Assembly (NCBI GenBank): GCA_001775095.1
Contig: MFCA01000029.1
Span: forward strand, 153,173-217,172
Length of the DNA: 64,000 nucleotides
From: Candidatus Curtissbacteria bacterium RIFOXYA1_FULL_41_14
Lineage (GTDB): Bacteria > Patescibacteriota > Microgenomatia > Curtissbacterales > GWA2-41-24
Direction: 5' to 3'
Position 1 is the first letter of the stretch. Each line of letters begins with the position of its first letter. Both the position numbers and the translations under genes were made by a program. Below are positions 46,454 to 55,870 of this stretch, piece after piece. The notes below the pieces were generated by a model. The model was given only the letters and a program-made list of their open reading frames with translations, was not told where the DNA came from and did no database searches.

Positions 46454-47761
46454 CTATTGTCTGGTGAATCTATAAAACCAAATCCTGTCGCCTAAATCGA
46501 TTGAGTAATCATACTTGCGGTTGCCAATTGAGGAAACTTCCCATTGGGGCAGATCGAAACCGCTTTTTGTTTCTCCCCAATCAACTAAATAAAGAGTATC
46601 TGCAAACGGGTAACCATCATAACCCAATGGTATATCACCACACTGCCTTACCCACCAACGCAATTCAAATCCTCTAAGGTCACCAATGGCGGTAGCAACT
46701 TCAAAATTTCTCTTTTGTTTATCATCACAGATAATTCCGGCCACATATTTCTGTTTGGTAACCGTCCAACCCGGTTGCATAGTGATCCCATATTTAGGTA
46801 AAGGGAAATTGTAAAGTAATAAAACTATAGTAATTGCCCCAATTAACAGTAGTCTAAAAAGAAATTTTATTCTGCGGGTGGTAAAGAAGAAGATTAATGC
46901 TATAAGCCAAAACATTACCGCTAAGAATCCAAAAGAAAAGTAATATGTGAGCCAGAGGTCTGAATTTGGATTGACACCGTTAGCAATGAAAGTCTTAAAG
47001 TTGTAAAAATTGTGTCTTAGGTCAAATATCAAATAAGGTAAATCACCAATAGTAGCACCAATCAGGAAAAATATTAAATGAAAAATATTAAAGATTCTTC
47101 TGATAAATCCCACAAACCATATGAAACCAATTAAGATAAACCAAGCTAAAATTGAGAAATGGAAACTGAAAGCTATTCCTGTAAAAATACCCGTCAAAAA
47201 CCAATATTTATTTTCCTTTTTGCTTAAAGCCTTCCAGAGAAAATAAACCAAGAATACGGAAACCAGGGGAAGAAAATTTGGATTGATAATCATTTTATTA
47301 AACTGGACCAAATAAGGATGAGTGGCAAATATTCCATAGACTAAAACCCCTGCCAGCCAATCTAATTTTCTACCTATCCACACAAAAAGAATTAATGAGC
47401 TTAAAAACCAGTAAAACAACATAAATTTTGTTATAGCAATAACATTCCAGCTGAAAATTACCCCAAGTACGCCAAGAATATAGTAATAATAAGGTCCAAT
47501 AAAATATCCCTTACCCTCGACAACGCGAGTCCCGACAATTGGGCCAATTAATCTCGGTTTTTTCAGAGCAACCATCTCCTGGACTTCTTGCATGTGCTCA
47601 CCCTGGTCAAGACTAAAAACCATAGTATTTTCGAAATTATAAAGTCTTAAAATCCAAAAGATTGAAGTAAATATGCAAAACAAAATTGCTATTGCAAACC
47701 CTTTAGGGGTTTTCAACTGGCTGATTAACTTTTTGACTTTTAAGTTTCTATTTTTTTTCAT
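46454..47761 (-). CDS. GT-C membrane glycosyltransferase
   Basis: FSLDQG, RLIGP, IGPYYYY motifs; paralog of 47762..49273. Confidence 0.78.
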   Translation of the reverse strand: MKKNRNLKVKKLISQLKTPKGFAIAILFCIFTSIFWILRLYNFENTMVFSLDQGEHMQEVQEMVALKKPRLIGPIVGTRVVEGKGYFIGPYYYYILGVLGVIFSWNVIAITKFMLFYWFLSSLILFVWIGRKLDWLAGVLVYGIFATHPYLVQFNKMIINPNFLPLVSVFLVYFLWKALSKKENKYWFLTGIFTGIAFSFHFSILAWFILIGFIWFVGFIRRIFNIFHLIFFLIGATIGDLPYLIFDLRHNFYNFKTFIANGVNPNSDLWLTYYFSFGFLAVMFWLIALIFFFTTRRIKFLFRLLLIGAITIVLLLYNFPLPKYGITMQPGWTVTKQKYVAGIICDDKQKRNFEVATAIGDLRGFELRWWVRQCGDIPLGYDGYPFADTLYLVDWGETKSGFDLPQWEVSSIGNRKYDYSIDLGDRIWFYRFTRQ

Positions 47762-49273
47762 TTAACTACCCTTAATCGCCGGCTTACCGGCAGGGTTGGG
47801 GGCCCCGGACCAGTGTGTAAGTTTAAAAACTTTGATGCCGATATTGGGCAATTCCCATTCCCCTGCTATTTCTCCTCTGCCAAAGCCGGCTATTTCCCAA
47901 ATTGGATTTCCAAGCGGCGCACATTGCTGTGATTCGCAAACAACCAGCAATTGATTGGTAATCATTGTTTCAAGATCAACTGGTCTGTATCCTTTAAATT
48001 CCAGAAAATACCGATAGGCATGATCACTATTATGTTCTGAGATTAGAGCGAAATTAAACTGCTCTTCATTCGATTTTTGGATGATAAAATCGGCAACTGT
48101 TTCTGTTTGGTTGATAAGGCGATTCGGAGGTGTCTTGTAAAAACCGTTAACTGAAAAATAGATTAGTGCCAAAATAGTTACAATAACAACGGATAATCTG
48201 TAGAAAAGATTGTACCAGAAAGTGGAAAAAACAAGTCCAGCTAGCAAAAATGGCGCGGGAAACAAAAATCCGAAATAATAATCATGGACTTGCCCTTTAT
48301 AAAAACGCAGTCCTGCAAGACCGCCTAAAAACCAAATAACGGCTATTGAGAAAATTAATCTCTTTTCATAGTTTTTCCAGTGTTTGACAAGTCCGAATAA
48401 TCCGCTAAAGGTTAAAATCCAAAAAGCCAACCTGGTAATAATTGTTCCTTTAAGTCCGGTTATCCATTCTAAAAAGATATTGCCGCCATTGGATATCAAC
48501 CATGAATAACTTTTTGTCTGGTAACCGACTGTTGATCCGCGGGTTACAAATTCAAGTATCGTTTTAAAGTTTGGAAACCCGTGACGAATTTCAAATATCA
48601 AAAATGGGGAAAAGGTGATAATTGAACCGAGCAAGTAAATCAGAAATATCACCGGCCACCTTTTGAAATTGGAACTCGTAATAACAATAAGGCCAAAAAT
48701 CGCGATTAAGATTGTTGCCAGATAGTGGAGTTGAATGGCAATACCAAAAGATGCACCAGCTGCCAGAAAATACAGAATCTTCTTTCGAGTAACTCCTAAA
48801 TAAATTAAATAAATCATCAGAAGCGAGAAAAAGGGTAATGGATTCGGATTCCATGATGATCTTGAATATCTAACAACCAATGGTGCGATAGCATAAAGCG
48901 AACTTGCTAAAATCGCCGGCCAAAATCCTGCTGTCTCCTTTAAAAATTTATAGAGAAGAAGGACAGTTAAGACGCCAAAAATCGCAATCATATATGAGGG
49001 GCCAACTGGATCAAAGCGCCAAGCCCACAAAAACGGGGCTGCCATCCAGTAATAGATTGGTCCGAGATAAAAACCGCCAACCGATGCTGTCGGACCAAGA
49101 AAAGGCAGGTGGCCTTGGGTAAAAATCTCGCGCATGACTATCATGTCCCGGCCTTCATCACCAAGAAAAACAACATAATCGCCAATTTGCCAAAAACGGA
49201 AGAAGGTTGCAACGAGGATGAGTAAAATAAGTAAAGTTAGTTGAATTGGTTTGGGAAAATTAAATAGAGTCAT
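47762..49273 (-). CDS. GT-C (ArnT-like) membrane glycosyltransferase
   Basis: FLGDEGRD, FLGP, LGPIYY, SR.SWNPN motifs. Confidence 0.82.
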   Translation of the reverse strand: MTLFNFPKPIQLTLLILLILVATFFRFWQIGDYVVFLGDEGRDMIVMREIFTQGHLPFLGPTASVGGFYLGPIYYWMAAPFLWAWRFDPVGPSYMIAIFGVLTVLLLYKFLKETAGFWPAILASSLYAIAPLVVRYSRSSWNPNPLPFFSLLMIYLIYLGVTRKKILYFLAAGASFGIAIQLHYLATILIAIFGLIVITSSNFKRWPVIFLIYLLGSIITFSPFLIFEIRHGFPNFKTILEFVTRGSTVGYQTKSYSWLISNGGNIFLEWITGLKGTIITRLAFWILTFSGLFGLVKHWKNYEKRLIFSIAVIWFLGGLAGLRFYKGQVHDYYFGFLFPAPFLLAGLVFSTFWYNLFYRLSVVIVTILALIYFSVNGFYKTPPNRLINQTETVADFIIQKSNEEQFNFALISEHNSDHAYRYFLEFKGYRPVDLETMITNQLLVVCESQQCAPLGNPIWEIAGFGRGEIAGEWELPNIGIKVFKLTHWSGAPNPAGKPAIKGS

Positions 49274-49280
49274 CTTTAGT

Positions 49281-49378
49281 AAATTTCTAATTTCTAATTC
49301 CTAATTTCTAAATAATTCCCAAATCCCAATCTCCAAATTGTTTAGGTCAATTAGTAATTAGGGCAATTAGGTCAATTT
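49281..49378. repeat. Intergenic heptamer array (AATTTCT-type) with inverted partner
   Basis: aatttct aatttct aattcct aatttct ... aattagt aattagg. Confidence 0.8.
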
Positions 49379-50566
49379 TGAAGGTGGGGCTTTCCAAATC
49401 CAAAGAATATTAGCCAAATAATTAAAGACGAGACCTACTAGTACTCCAGTCGCTAAACCGATTTGTTCATGAAGATGTAAAACTCTGACAAATATCAAGA
49501 TGCTGGCAAGTTGAATGACCGGACTTATGATAGAAGTTAGATTAAATTTCAAAAATCTGAGAAGCACAAATCCCTTATGTGAACGTTCTTTAAATGTCCA
49601 GTTTTCGTGGAAAATAAAATTAAAAACAATCGAAAGTTCAATGGAAATAAGCGATGCGACGAATAGTCGATCCAGTATTAAGAAAAATAATTTTGGGGCC
49701 CCAGTTTCCGGGATCATCGATAAGAGAGGTTTTGCAAAAACCGTTAGGGCATAAATTTGACCGCGATTTAAAAGGCCAAGTGCAATTGCATTCAAAAAAT
49801 AACTAACGGCTCCGACAGTCAAAAATTTAATTAACATTTTGGATTTTTGAAGGCGAGCTTTTATGCCAAACTTAATAACATCAATGGTGTAGGCAATGAT
49901 TTTCGCTTTAGAATAACCTTTTTTGCGGTCCACAAAGGTTATGGGCACTTCTTTGATTTTGGCCCCGGAGGTCATAGCAGCATACAAAAAAGCAGGCTGA
50001 ATAATGTATGTTTTTGCGCGCCAGGGAATTTTGTTGATATCAATCTTTTCAAAAAGTTTTTTTGTAAAAACTCGATAGGAATTAGTGTATTCTGACAAAC
50101 GAAACGTTCCCCAACTTAGTTTGCAATAAAGCGATGACCCTTTGGTAAAAAGTCTCCGATGCCATCCCAGTAAATTTTTTCCGCCTTTAGTCAGTCTTGA
50201 CCCATTTACCAGATCGTATCCATCATTAATAAACCCAACCATTTTTGGCAGGGTCGAAGGATCATGCGAAAGATCACCATCCATCTGGGCTAAAATATCT
50301 GCTTTAAGTCTACCAATTGCAAAACGATGGCCTTTGATTATACCTACGCCAAGTCCTCTTTGTTTTACATCGAGGTAATGAACTTTGGGATTTGTTCTCG
50401 TGATCCTCTTGACGATCTGGTCAGTACCATCAGGAGAATGGCTATCAGCAACTAATACGTGAAGATCGATTTGCGGCATAAATTTTGCCTGGGAGAGAAT
50501 CTTGGTAATTAGTTCTTCAATATTATCTTTTTCGTTGTACGTGGGAATATTAACGACAAGTCTCAT
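49367..50566 (-). CDS. DPM1-like polyprenol-phosphate mannosyltransferase fused to GtrA-like domain
   Basis: IPTYNE, SPDGT, MDGDLSHDP, GSR; C-terminal KF..VG and NF.FH..WTF TMs. Confidence 0.88.
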   Translation of the reverse strand: MRLVVNIPTYNEKDNIEELITKILSQAKFMPQIDLHVLVADSHSPDGTDQIVKRITRTNPKVHYLDVKQRGLGVGIIKGHRFAIGRLKADILAQMDGDLSHDPSTLPKMVGFINDGYDLVNGSRLTKGGKNLLGWHRRLFTKGSSLYCKLSWGTFRLSEYTNSYRVFTKKLFEKIDINKIPWRAKTYIIQPAFLYAAMTSGAKIKEVPITFVDRKKGYSKAKIIAYTIDVIKFGIKARLQKSKMLIKFLTVGAVSYFLNAIALGLLNRGQIYALTVFAKPLLSMIPETGAPKLFFLILDRLFVASLISIELSIVFNFIFHENWTFKERSHKGFVLLRFLKFNLTSIISPVIQLASILIFVRVLHLHEQIGLATGVLVGLVFNYLANILWIWKAPPSKLT

Positions 50567-51540
50567 ATGGTATTTTTCTTAAGTAGTTCGATATCCGCCT
50601 TAACCATCATCTCCACTAGTTGAGGAAAAGAAACTGTCGGCTTCCAGTTGAGAATTTTGGCGGCACGGGTGGCATCACCGACTAGAAAATCAACCTCAGC
50701 CGGACGAAACAGGTCCTTAGAAACCTTGACATGTTTTTCCCAATTCTTGATGCCGATAACCCCGAATGCTTCTGTTACAAATTCTGCCACGGAATGATTT
50801 TCACCCGTGGCAATAACAAAGTCGCTCGGTTTATTCTGCTGCAACATCATCCACATGGCCTTGACGTAATCACCGGCAAAACCCCAGTCGCGCTTAGCAT
50901 CCAGGTTGCCGAGTGAAATATGATCGGCTTGTCTGAGATGTATTCTAGCAATACCGTGGGAAATTTTGCGGGTAACAAATTCCAGTCCCCGTCTTGGCGA
51001 CTCGTGGTTGAAAAGAATACCGGAAATTGTAAAAAGTCCATATGACTCACGGTAATTGATAGTTATCCAATGGCCGTAAACTTTGGCAACGCCATAGGGG
51101 CTTCTGGGATGAAAAGGCGTTTTTTCGTTTTGAGGAGACTGTTCTACTTTACCAAACATTTCAGATGAGGAGGCCTGATAAAATTTAGCGTCCGGTTTTA
51201 CCTGTCTTATGGCCTCAAGCATCCGAGTAACCCCCAGAGCGGTAAATTCCCCGGTCAGAACAGGTTGAGACCAGGAAGTAGCCACAAAACTTTGGGCTGC
51301 CAAATTATAAACCTCATCTGGTTTTGAATGACTGACAGCATAAGTTAGGGATTGTTGATCCAAAAGATCGCCGGGGATTAACTCGATTTGGTCTTCAATA
51401 TGTTTGATGCGTTCGTAATTGGGAGTAGAAGTTCTTCTGGTTAAGCCAAAGACTTTGTAACCTTTGGACAGAAGAAATTCAGCAAGATAAGAACCATCTT
51501 GGCCAGTAATACCAGTAATTAAAGCGCGCTTTTGGGCCAT
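50563..51540 (-). CDS. gmd: GDP-mannose 4,6-dehydratase
   Basis: ALITGITGQDGSYLAE, PRSPYGVAK, LFNHESPRRG, GNLDAKRDWG. Confidence 0.95.
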   Translation of the reverse strand: MAQKRALITGITGQDGSYLAEFLLSKGYKVFGLTRRTSTPNYERIKHIEDQIELIPGDLLDQQSLTYAVSHSKPDEVYNLAAQSFVATSWSQPVLTGEFTALGVTRMLEAIRQVKPDAKFYQASSSEMFGKVEQSPQNEKTPFHPRSPYGVAKVYGHWITINYRESYGLFTISGILFNHESPRRGLEFVTRKISHGIARIHLRQADHISLGNLDAKRDWGFAGDYVKAMWMMLQQNKPSDFVIATGENHSVAEFVTEAFGVIGIKNWEKHVKVSKDLFRPAEVDFLVGDATRAAKILNWKPTVSFPQLVEMMVKADIELLKKNTI

Positions 51541-51545
51541 TGATT

Positions 51546-51680
51546 AAATTCGAAATTCAAATATCGAAATCCAAAACAATTTCTAAATTCTAAATTCAAA
51601 TGATCAAAAACTTTTTTTTGAATTTTGAAAATTTGAAAATTTGAATTTGTTTAGTGTTTCGTGCTTCGTGCTTCGAATTT
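51546..51680. repeat. Two-armed inverted heptamer array extending into the upstream gene's C-terminus
   Basis: Terminal inverted repeat aaattcgaa / ttcgaattt; units aaattcg aaattca ... gtgcttc gtgcttc supply FEARSTKH*. Confidence 0.85.
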
Positions 51681-52628
51681 TAATTTACTTCTTTCGTATT
51701 CAATTGTATCAGAAAGCGTTTTCAAAAGGGGTATTCTGGGTTGCCAACCGGTTTGTTTTTTAAACTTGTCAAAATTGCAGTAGATTTTTTCAATCTCAAC
51801 CGGGCGCAGTAAACTTGGATCTTTTTCGATTTTGATTTTGGCCGAGGAGAGTGAAAGTAACATGTCAAGTATCTTACGGATCTGAATCGATTTTCCACAA
51901 CCAATGTTGTAAACTTCACCGGGTATACCACTGTCAAGTGCTAAAAGATAGGCACGGACCATATCTCTTACGTCAGTGAAATCACGAAACGAGTTAAGAT
52001 TGCCTACTTTCATTGTCCCTTTACCTTGTTTCTCTAAAGAGACGATTCGTGAAGCAAATGCTGATACTACAAAATTAACAGACTGTCTGGGACCGATATG
52101 ATTGAAGGGTCTCACGCGTACTATATGAAGCTTATGATGCAGGAAAAATTGTAAACCCAGCATATCCTGAGCGACTTTCGAAACTGCATATGGAGAATTT
52201 GGCTTTAGGGGCGTATTTTCATCTGCCGGTAAATACTTTTCATCAATCTGGCCGTATTCGTCTGCCGAGCCGATAACCAGAATTTTTGCTTTTGATCTTA
52301 TTTTAACTAACGATTCTAAAAGATTGATTTGGCAGAAAATATTATTCTGTAGAGTTTCTTTGGGGTTTTTGAAGCTATCGGCCGGAGATGAAAAAGCGGC
52401 TAAATGAAAAACGTAATCTGGATTTATAAGTCTAACTTCTTTTTCTACTGCCTTTGTATTTTGTAAATCGCAGGCAACTACTTTTATTTGAGCTTTGATT
52501 TGCTTTAGATTACCTGTTGGATGACTTGAAAGAAAAAAACCGCAAACTGAAATTTTTTGAGAAAGTAACAATTCTGCCAGGTGACTGCCGGCAAACCCAG
52601 CAATACCGGTAATTAGGGCTTTTTTCAT
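51651..52628 (-). CDS. GDP-4-keto-6-deoxy-D-mannose reductase (Rmd-like) SDR
   Basis: GIAGFAGSHL, S..EYG, SPYAVSK, RPFNHIGPRQ, RDFTDVRD; adjacent to gmd. Confidence 0.8.
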   Translation of the reverse strand: MKKALITGIAGFAGSHLAELLLSQKISVCGFFLSSHPTGNLKQIKAQIKVVACDLQNTKAVEKEVRLINPDYVFHLAAFSSPADSFKNPKETLQNNIFCQINLLESLVKIRSKAKILVIGSADEYGQIDEKYLPADENTPLKPNSPYAVSKVAQDMLGLQFFLHHKLHIVRVRPFNHIGPRQSVNFVVSAFASRIVSLEKQGKGTMKVGNLNSFRDFTDVRDMVRAYLLALDSGIPGEVYNIGCGKSIQIRKILDMLLSLSSAKIKIEKDPSLLRPVEIEKIYCNFDKFKKQTGWQPRIPLLKTLSDTIEYERSKLKFEARSTKH

Positions 52629-52722
52629 GGTTCGAATTCCTCACCATGACACTGAGCGAAAGTCGAATATGTCATGGTTCGAATTCCTCACCATGACACT
52701 GAGCGAAAGTCGAATGTGTCAT
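52625..52722. repeat. Two tandem 47-bp repeats (one mismatch) bounded by TCAT
   Basis: tcatggttcgaattcctcaccatgacactgagcgaaagtcgaatRtg x2 + tcat. Confidence 0.92.
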
Positions 52723-54020
52723 CGGCCAATACCAAAGTAAGAAAATCCGCTTTCTTTTACTTTTTCGCGGTCAAACATATTGCGGCCATCGATAATAATT
52801 GGCCGCCTTAAGAGTTTTTTAGCACGCGCTAAATCTATTTGGGAAAACTGGGGCCATTCGGTAACAACTACCATCACATCCTTGTCTTTGATTGCGCTAT
52901 AAACATCTTTGGCATATTCAATTTTTGGCAGTATCCTTTTAGCGTTTTCCATCGCCTGAGGATCGTAAGCAGTAACCTGGGCGCCTAGATCTAAAAGATG
53001 ATTGATAATTTTGACAGATGGTGCATCACGCATATCATCAGTATTGGGTTTAAAAGCCAAACCCAATACTGCAACCTTCACTTGGGAAAGATTACCAATA
53101 TCGCCTTTTAGTCCTAAGGCCTTTTTAACTTTATTAATAAATGATTCGATTTGTCCTTCATTAATATCATCAACAGCCTTTAAAAGCTGAAAATCATAGT
53201 CAAAATGCCGAGAAGTAGCGATAAAGGCCAAAACGTCCTTGGGTAAGCAAGAACCGCCATACCCAACACCGGGGTAAAGAAAAGAACGACCAATCCGTTT
53301 GTCTGCCCCTACTCCTTCCAAGACTTTCTCAACGTCGGCACCGGTTTTTTCGCACAGAGTAGCAATTGCGTTGGCAAAAGAGACCTTAGTAGCAAGAAGG
53401 GAGTTTGAGGCATATTTAATAAGCTGGGCGCTTCTGATATCACAAATGATTCGCTGGCCGGAAATGGGTGCATGCAACTGTAGCAGAATTTTTTGCCCCT
53501 TTTTGCTTGCCGTGCCAATAACTATTCTATCGGGGTGAAGCGTATCCTCAATGGCTGTTCCTTCCCTTAAAAATTCAGGATTAGCTGCGAATTCGAATTT
53601 AACTTTGGCATACTTTTTGACAGTGTCTTCCAGATCATCCTCAAATCCAATCGGGATGGTGCTCTTTATAGCAATCAGTGTATACCCTTTGAGATTTTTG
53701 GCTGTCTGCTCAACGGCTGCAAATAAATAAGAGAGGTCTGCTTCGCCATCACTTTTCGGGGGAGTACCGACGCAAATAAAAACTACTTGAGAATTTGGAA
53801 CAGATTCTCTATAGCTCGTTGTAAAAAACAATCTTTTATTTTTAATATTTCTGTCGATGTATTCTGCCAAAGACGGTTCATAAAAGGGAATTTGGCCTTT
53901 CTTGAGCATCTTGACTTTTTGAGGAACCACATCAACGCAGAAAACTTTATTGCCAAGTTGGGAAAAAACTGCTGCAGTAACTAAACCTACATAACCGGCA
54001 CCGACAATTGTTAAAGTCAT
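52719..54020 (-). CDS. ugd: UDP-glucose 6-dehydrogenase
   Basis: GAGYVGL, KST, NPEFLREG, GYGGSCLPKD, GLAFKPNTDD.R. Confidence 0.93.
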   Translation of the reverse strand: MTLTIVGAGYVGLVTAAVFSQLGNKVFCVDVVPQKVKMLKKGQIPFYEPSLAEYIDRNIKNKRLFFTTSYRESVPNSQVVFICVGTPPKSDGEADLSYLFAAVEQTAKNLKGYTLIAIKSTIPIGFEDDLEDTVKKYAKVKFEFAANPEFLREGTAIEDTLHPDRIVIGTASKKGQKILLQLHAPISGQRIICDIRSAQLIKYASNSLLATKVSFANAIATLCEKTGADVEKVLEGVGADKRIGRSFLYPGVGYGGSCLPKDVLAFIATSRHFDYDFQLLKAVDDINEGQIESFINKVKKALGLKGDIGNLSQVKVAVLGLAFKPNTDDMRDAPSVKIINHLLDLGAQVTAYDPQAMENAKRILPKIEYAKDVYSAIKDKDVMVVVTEWPQFSQIDLARAKKLLRRPIIIDGRNMFDREKVKESGFSYFGIGR

Positions 54021-54065
54021 AGGTTAAAGTTGCGAAATTTAAATATCAAAACTCAAGATACTTGT

Positions 54066-54137
54066 ATTAGTATAATTAGTATGAATTAGTATATTAGCAT
54101 CGATACCAATATACGAATGGATACTAATCATACAAAT
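54066..54137. repeat. Symmetric octamer array (ATTAGYAT x4 / ATACNAAT x4)
   Basis: Four units each side of a central CG at 54101-54102. Confidence 0.85.
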
Positions 54138-54179
54138 CGTTTCTACAAAAGTTAATCTATTTTAGCTAAATATTAACTT

Positions 54180-55085
54180 CTAAATCAATTTGCCACTCGA
54201 TTGCTCATAGATGGTCTTTATCCCCTGCTTCCAATCGGTTGGAGTAAATCCGATTTTGGCAATCTTCTCAACAATCATTCCACCCTTTATCGGCCGGGGA
54301 GTAACGTTTTCTTCCTTCAACAATTCTGCAAGTTTAGCTTTGTCAATATCCGGATTTTTACCGGTAAAAGTCAAAATCAGATATTTCGCAAAATCATAGG
54401 GATTAGTCGGACCGGGACTACACAAATGAAAAACGCCTTTCAAGTCCTTTCTGATAAGCATTGATACTGCAGGTGCCAAATCATCAATAAAAGTTGGTGT
54501 AATAATTTGGTCGGTAAACATCGGGTAAAGCGAACCTTCTTTATATTTTCTAAGTATGCTTTTGGCAAAATCTTCTTTTTGGGGAAAATTTGCTCTATAG
54601 GGATAAGATATGCGAAGGATAATAAATTCGCTAAGACCCTGGACGATTTTCTCTCCTTCTATTTTTGTGATTCCATACCAGGAAACTTTATCAAGATCAG
54701 GGCCAATCGGATCATCTTCACTGTATGGGCTGCTTTTGCCATCAAAAACAAAATCTGTTGAGATGAAAATTAATTTTCTATTATTGGACTTGCAAGCGTC
54801 GACAATATTTTTGACTCCCCTGACGTTGATATTCCAGCAAGTACCATTTTTGTCTCCTCTTTGCTTTTCGGCCCCATCAACATCAGTGAAAGCCGAAAAT
54901 AAAATAAGCCAGGCAAAATCATTTTGAAAAAAATTATCGACTGACTCTTTGTCTGTGATATCGATTTTGGGATCGGTAGAAAAATCCGCGCTTAAAAGGT
55001 CAAAGTCCCTACCCGCCAGTTCGCAGAATCGTGACCCGACCATTGACGAACAGCCAACAACAGCAAGTTTAGTTTTAGTATTCAC
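54180..55085 (-). CDS. rfbD: dTDP-4-dehydrorhamnose reductase
   Basis: AFTDVD.AE, ISTDFVFDG, YG.TK..GE, DQ..TPT. Confidence 0.85.
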   Translation of the reverse strand: MNTKTKLAVVGCSSMVGSRFCELAGRDFDLLSADFSTDPKIDITDKESVDNFFQNDFAWLILFSAFTDVDGAEKQRGDKNGTCWNINVRGVKNIVDACKSNNRKLIFISTDFVFDGKSSPYSEDDPIGPDLDKVSWYGITKIEGEKIVQGLSEFIILRISYPYRANFPQKEDFAKSILRKYKEGSLYPMFTDQIITPTFIDDLAPAVSMLIRKDLKGVFHLCSPGPTNPYDFAKYLILTFTGKNPDIDKAKLAELLKEENVTPRPIKGGMIVEKIAKIGFTPTDWKQGIKTIYEQSSGKLI

Positions 55086-55097
55086 TTTATAGTCTTA

Positions 55098-55154
55098 GCC
55101 CACCCCTGGGGTGAGCGTAGTTTTTCCTGGAGCACACCCCAGGGATGTTGCTGG
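55098..55154. repeat. REPIN-like 57-bp unit, copy 1
   Basis: CACCCCTGGGGTG (55101) plus caccccagggatg (55135); 51/57 identical to 61339-61395. Confidence 0.85.
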
Positions 55155-55201
55155 ACACCTCGTTTCGCAGGTGAAGCGGGCATGAATGATATAGAGTAAG
55201 G

Positions 55202-55723
55202 CTATTTCGATAAAAAATCTTCACGAACCTTTTGCCACTTGAGAATGTCGTTTTGCACCCTGCCTTCATCTTCTGGATTGTAAAGTTGGGTTGGAAAATT
55301 GAGAAGATATCCGGGCTCTTTGGAAACTACCATAAAGCCGTGATAAGTTTCCCGGGGTATGACAACCATAAACATTTCCTCATCTTTTTCCGGTCCCATC
55401 AAAAAAAGATTTAGGTTATCTTTGGTCCTTGATTTTTCCCGGGGGTCATAAACCGCGACGACGATTCTTCCTTTAGCGCAAATGAAACGGTCTTCCTGAT
55501 ATTTGTGGACATGCCATTTGTCTTCATCGCGAGCGATCCCGGAGGGCGTAACTGAAAAGTATTGCATGGCGAATGGCATCTCTTGACCAAATACATCTTG
55601 CCAGTCAGTTCGCAAAGTTTCGACTAAGGTGCCAGTGGGATCCTTGTGAATTATTAATTTTCGCAAAACCACTCCATCGATTAGATTATTTTGATTGGAA
55701 AAAATAAGGTAAGGATAATTCAT
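55202..55723 (-). CDS. rfbC: dTDP-4-dehydrorhamnose 3,5-epimerase-like cupin
   Basis: IDGV, D..G.LVE, WH.H..Q.D, D.R..S.T, IP...HGF; within rml cluster. Confidence 0.75.
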   Translation of the reverse strand: MNYPYLIFSNQNNLIDGVVLRKLIIHKDPTGTLVETLRTDWQDVFGQEMPFAMQYFSVTPSGIARDEDKWHVHKYQEDRFICAKGRIVVAVYDPREKSRTKDNLNLFLMGPEKDEEMFMVVIPRETYHGFMVVSKEPGYLLNFPTQLYNPEDEGRVQNDILKWQKVREDFLSK

Positions 55724-55730
55724 ATTTTTG

Positions 55731-55870
55731 AAAATTTACAATTTACAATTTTTAATTTTTATTGAATTTTCAATAATTTAATTTTCAAAATTGATAAGAA
55801 AATATTTTAGAAAAATATTTTGAAACATTTAGATTTCATTTCAAATTGAAAATTTCAAATTTCAAATTAT
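55731..55870. repeat. Intergenic two-armed AT-rich heptamer array
   Basis: aatttac aatttac aattttt aattttt ... caaattg aaaattt caaattt caaatta. Confidence 0.8.

Noticed and set aside
52625-52722. Possible mini CRISPR array
   Set aside because: Units are contiguous with no unique spacers, and there are no cas genes in the window
55087-55269. 60-aa ORF ending HPRGG
   Set aside because: Translation of REPIN sequence overlapping the rfbC-like gene
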